From the NCBI GenBank assembly GCA_043767805.1, contig JAYUGC010000022.1, forward strand, positions 1 to 17,316: a stretch of DNA of 17,316 nt, in the 5' to 3' direction. This document shows positions 15,909 to 17,316 of this stretch, in pieces. The DNA is from Pseudomonadota bacterium (GTDB lineage Bacteria > Bdellovibrionota > FAC87 > UBA2466). A model generated the notes under the pieces. The model was given only the letters and a program-made list of their open reading frames with translations, had not been told where the DNA came from and searched no databases. Both the position numbers and the translations under genes were made by a program. Position 1 is the first letter of the stretch. Every line of letters starts with the position of its first letter.

Positions 15909-16066
15909 CCGCCCCCTCCCTTTGAGCCTACTTCAAAAAGTGAACGGCGTTCATTAAGCGAACGACGTTTATAACTAGCTATTTTATAAGGAGTTTTTTA
16001 CTATTCCGGTGGCACTGGCATTGGTGCTAAGTTCGGGAACTCTTTTTTGGGTTCCGAGGAGCGAGA

Positions 16067-17316
16067 ATGAACGACGGACATAAGGATATTTTCGATCGAG
16101 TCGCCGCCTACGACGATTCGAGACAAGCCAAGGCCACCGGCCTTTATCCGTATTTCCGTACGATCGATGGCACCGTGGGCAACCAAGTCTGGTGCGAGGG
16201 CCGCCGCCGCATCATGATTGGCTCCAATAACTACCTCGGTCTCGCCAACGATGAGCGCGTCATCGAGGCGTCTCAGGCCGCGATCCGTAAATATGGCTCG
16301 GGCTGCACGGGCTCTCGTTTTTTGAACGGCACCATCCGCTTGCACGTGGAGCTCGAGGAAACGCTCGCCGACTTCTTGAAGCGGGAATCGGTTCTGCTCT
16401 TCTCCACGGGTTTTTTCGCCAATCAGGGCGCGCTCGTGACTTTGCTCGATGCGGGTGACTCCATTCTTTGCGACCGCGAGAACCACGCGAGCATCATCGA
16501 TGGGTGCAACGCTTCGGCCGCGCGCACGATTCCGTTCTCTCACAATAGCCCCGCGTCTTTGGAAAAGCGGCTCAAGCGCCTGCCGAAAGAATCGGGGAAG
16601 CTTTTGGTCGTGGACGGTGTATTCAGCATGTCGGGCGATATCGTCGATTTACCGGGCATGCTCCCCATCGCGAAGCAAAACGGCGCCCGCATTTACGTGG
16701 ATGAAGCGCATTCCCTCGGCGTCATCGGCCCCAACGGCGAAGGGGCCGCTCACCATTTCGGTTTAAACGATCAGGTAGATATCGTGATGGGCACTTTCTC
16801 GAAGTCGCTCGGCTCCATGGGCGGATTTATTGCCGCGCCCGAGCCGGTCATCGAGTATCTACGTCACAAGGCCCGTTGCTTCATGTTCACGGCCTCCCTC
16901 GCTCCGGCTGTGGTAGGCGGCGTGCTCAAAGCGCTGGAAATCATGCGAGCCGAGCCCGAGCGCCGGGAAAGGCTCTGGAAGAACACCCGTAAGATGCACG
17001 AGGGGTTCCGGTCTCTCGGGTTTCGCATCGGGTCCACCCAGTCGCCCATCGTTCCGCTGCTCATCGGCAGTGAGACCAAGGCCTTTCTCTTCAGCAAAAA
17101 GCTCTACGAGGCCGGCATTTTCACGACCCCGGCCGCTTATCCGGCGGTGCGCTATGGGGAGGCCATCGTGCGGACCAGCTATATGGCCACCCATACCGAC
17201 GAGGAACTGGACTATGTCCTCGAGACCTGCGAGAAGGTGGGAAAAGAATTAGGGATTTTTCAGGACTCCGTCTACACGGGCGAGGTCCGACGGAGGGCGA
17301 GCGGTGGTTACGATTT
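16067..17316 (+). CDS. PLP-dependent alpha-oxoamine synthase, serine palmitoyltransferase-like (3' end outside window)
   Basis: GAGGAG SD then ATG 16067. Manual translation: MNDGHKDIFDRV...GLYPYFRTI...MIGSNNYLGL...GCTGSRFLNGT...STGFFAN...DRENHASIIDG...DGVFSMSGD...DEAHSLG...MGTFSKSLGSMGG...MFTASL...RTSYMATH. The frame is open to the end of the window. Confidence 0.9.
   Translation, partial: MNDGHKDIFDRVAAYDDSRQAKATGLYPYFRTIDGTVGNQVWCEGRRRIMIGSNNYLGLANDERVIEASQAAIRKYGSGCTGSRFLNGTIRLHVELEETLADFLKRESVLLFSTGFFANQGALVTLLDAGDSILCDRENHASIIDGCNASAARTIPFSHNSPASLEKRLKRLPKESGKLLVVDGVFSMSGDIVDLPGMLPIAKQNGARIYVDEAHSLGVIGPNGEGAAHHFGLNDQVDIVMGTFSKSLGSMGGFIAAPEPVIEYLRHKARCFMFTASLAPAVVGGVLKALEIMRAEPERRERLWKNTRKMHEGFRSLGFRIGSTQSPIVPLLIGSETKAFLFSKKLYEAGIFTTPAAYPAVRYGEAIVRTSYMATHTDEELDYVLETCEKVGKELGIFQDSVYTGEVRRRASGGYD

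Noticed and set aside
14572..15921. AGGGAGG / CCTCCCT inverted match flanking the GT-C gene, as possible element ends
   Set aside because: The match is only 7 bp of low-complexity sequence, with no transposase and no target-site duplication seen.

Overview
A gene-dense, moderately GC-rich bacterial chromosomal window with no rRNA, tRNA, CRISPR array, transposase or phage structural gene that I can recognise. Left part (+ strand): the C-terminus of a TPR protein, a start-less C-terminal fragment of an aldo/keto reductase (absent from the ORF track), a DsbD/ScsB N-terminal-domain-only protein, an exported peroxiredoxin-like redoxin, and a translationally coupled trio of DUF1993, a TM0106-type RecB/Cas4-like nuclease with a DEDD exonuclease domain, and a UPF1/Dna2-like SF1 helicase. 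The trio converges on recO. Middle: a UPF0104/LPG-synthase-like membrane protein (-) divergent from a ugd, UDP-glucuronate decarboxylase and O-antigen-ligase-like operon, then a stand-alone PilZ protein. Right part: a hypothetical, possibly DNA-binding protein with palindromic boxes upstream, a TetR-HAD-IIB operon, an ArnT/GT-C-like glycosyltransferase, and a serine-palmitoyltransferase-like PLP enzyme that runs off the end (also absent from the ORF track). The gene content would fit a Bdellovibrionota/delta-proteobacterial-like organism, but that is only an inference. Best leads: the split nuclease/helicase module coupled to DUF1993, a possible sphingolipid plus glycosylation neighbourhood, the truncated ScsB/DsbD redox pair, and the orphan protein at 12219-12917.
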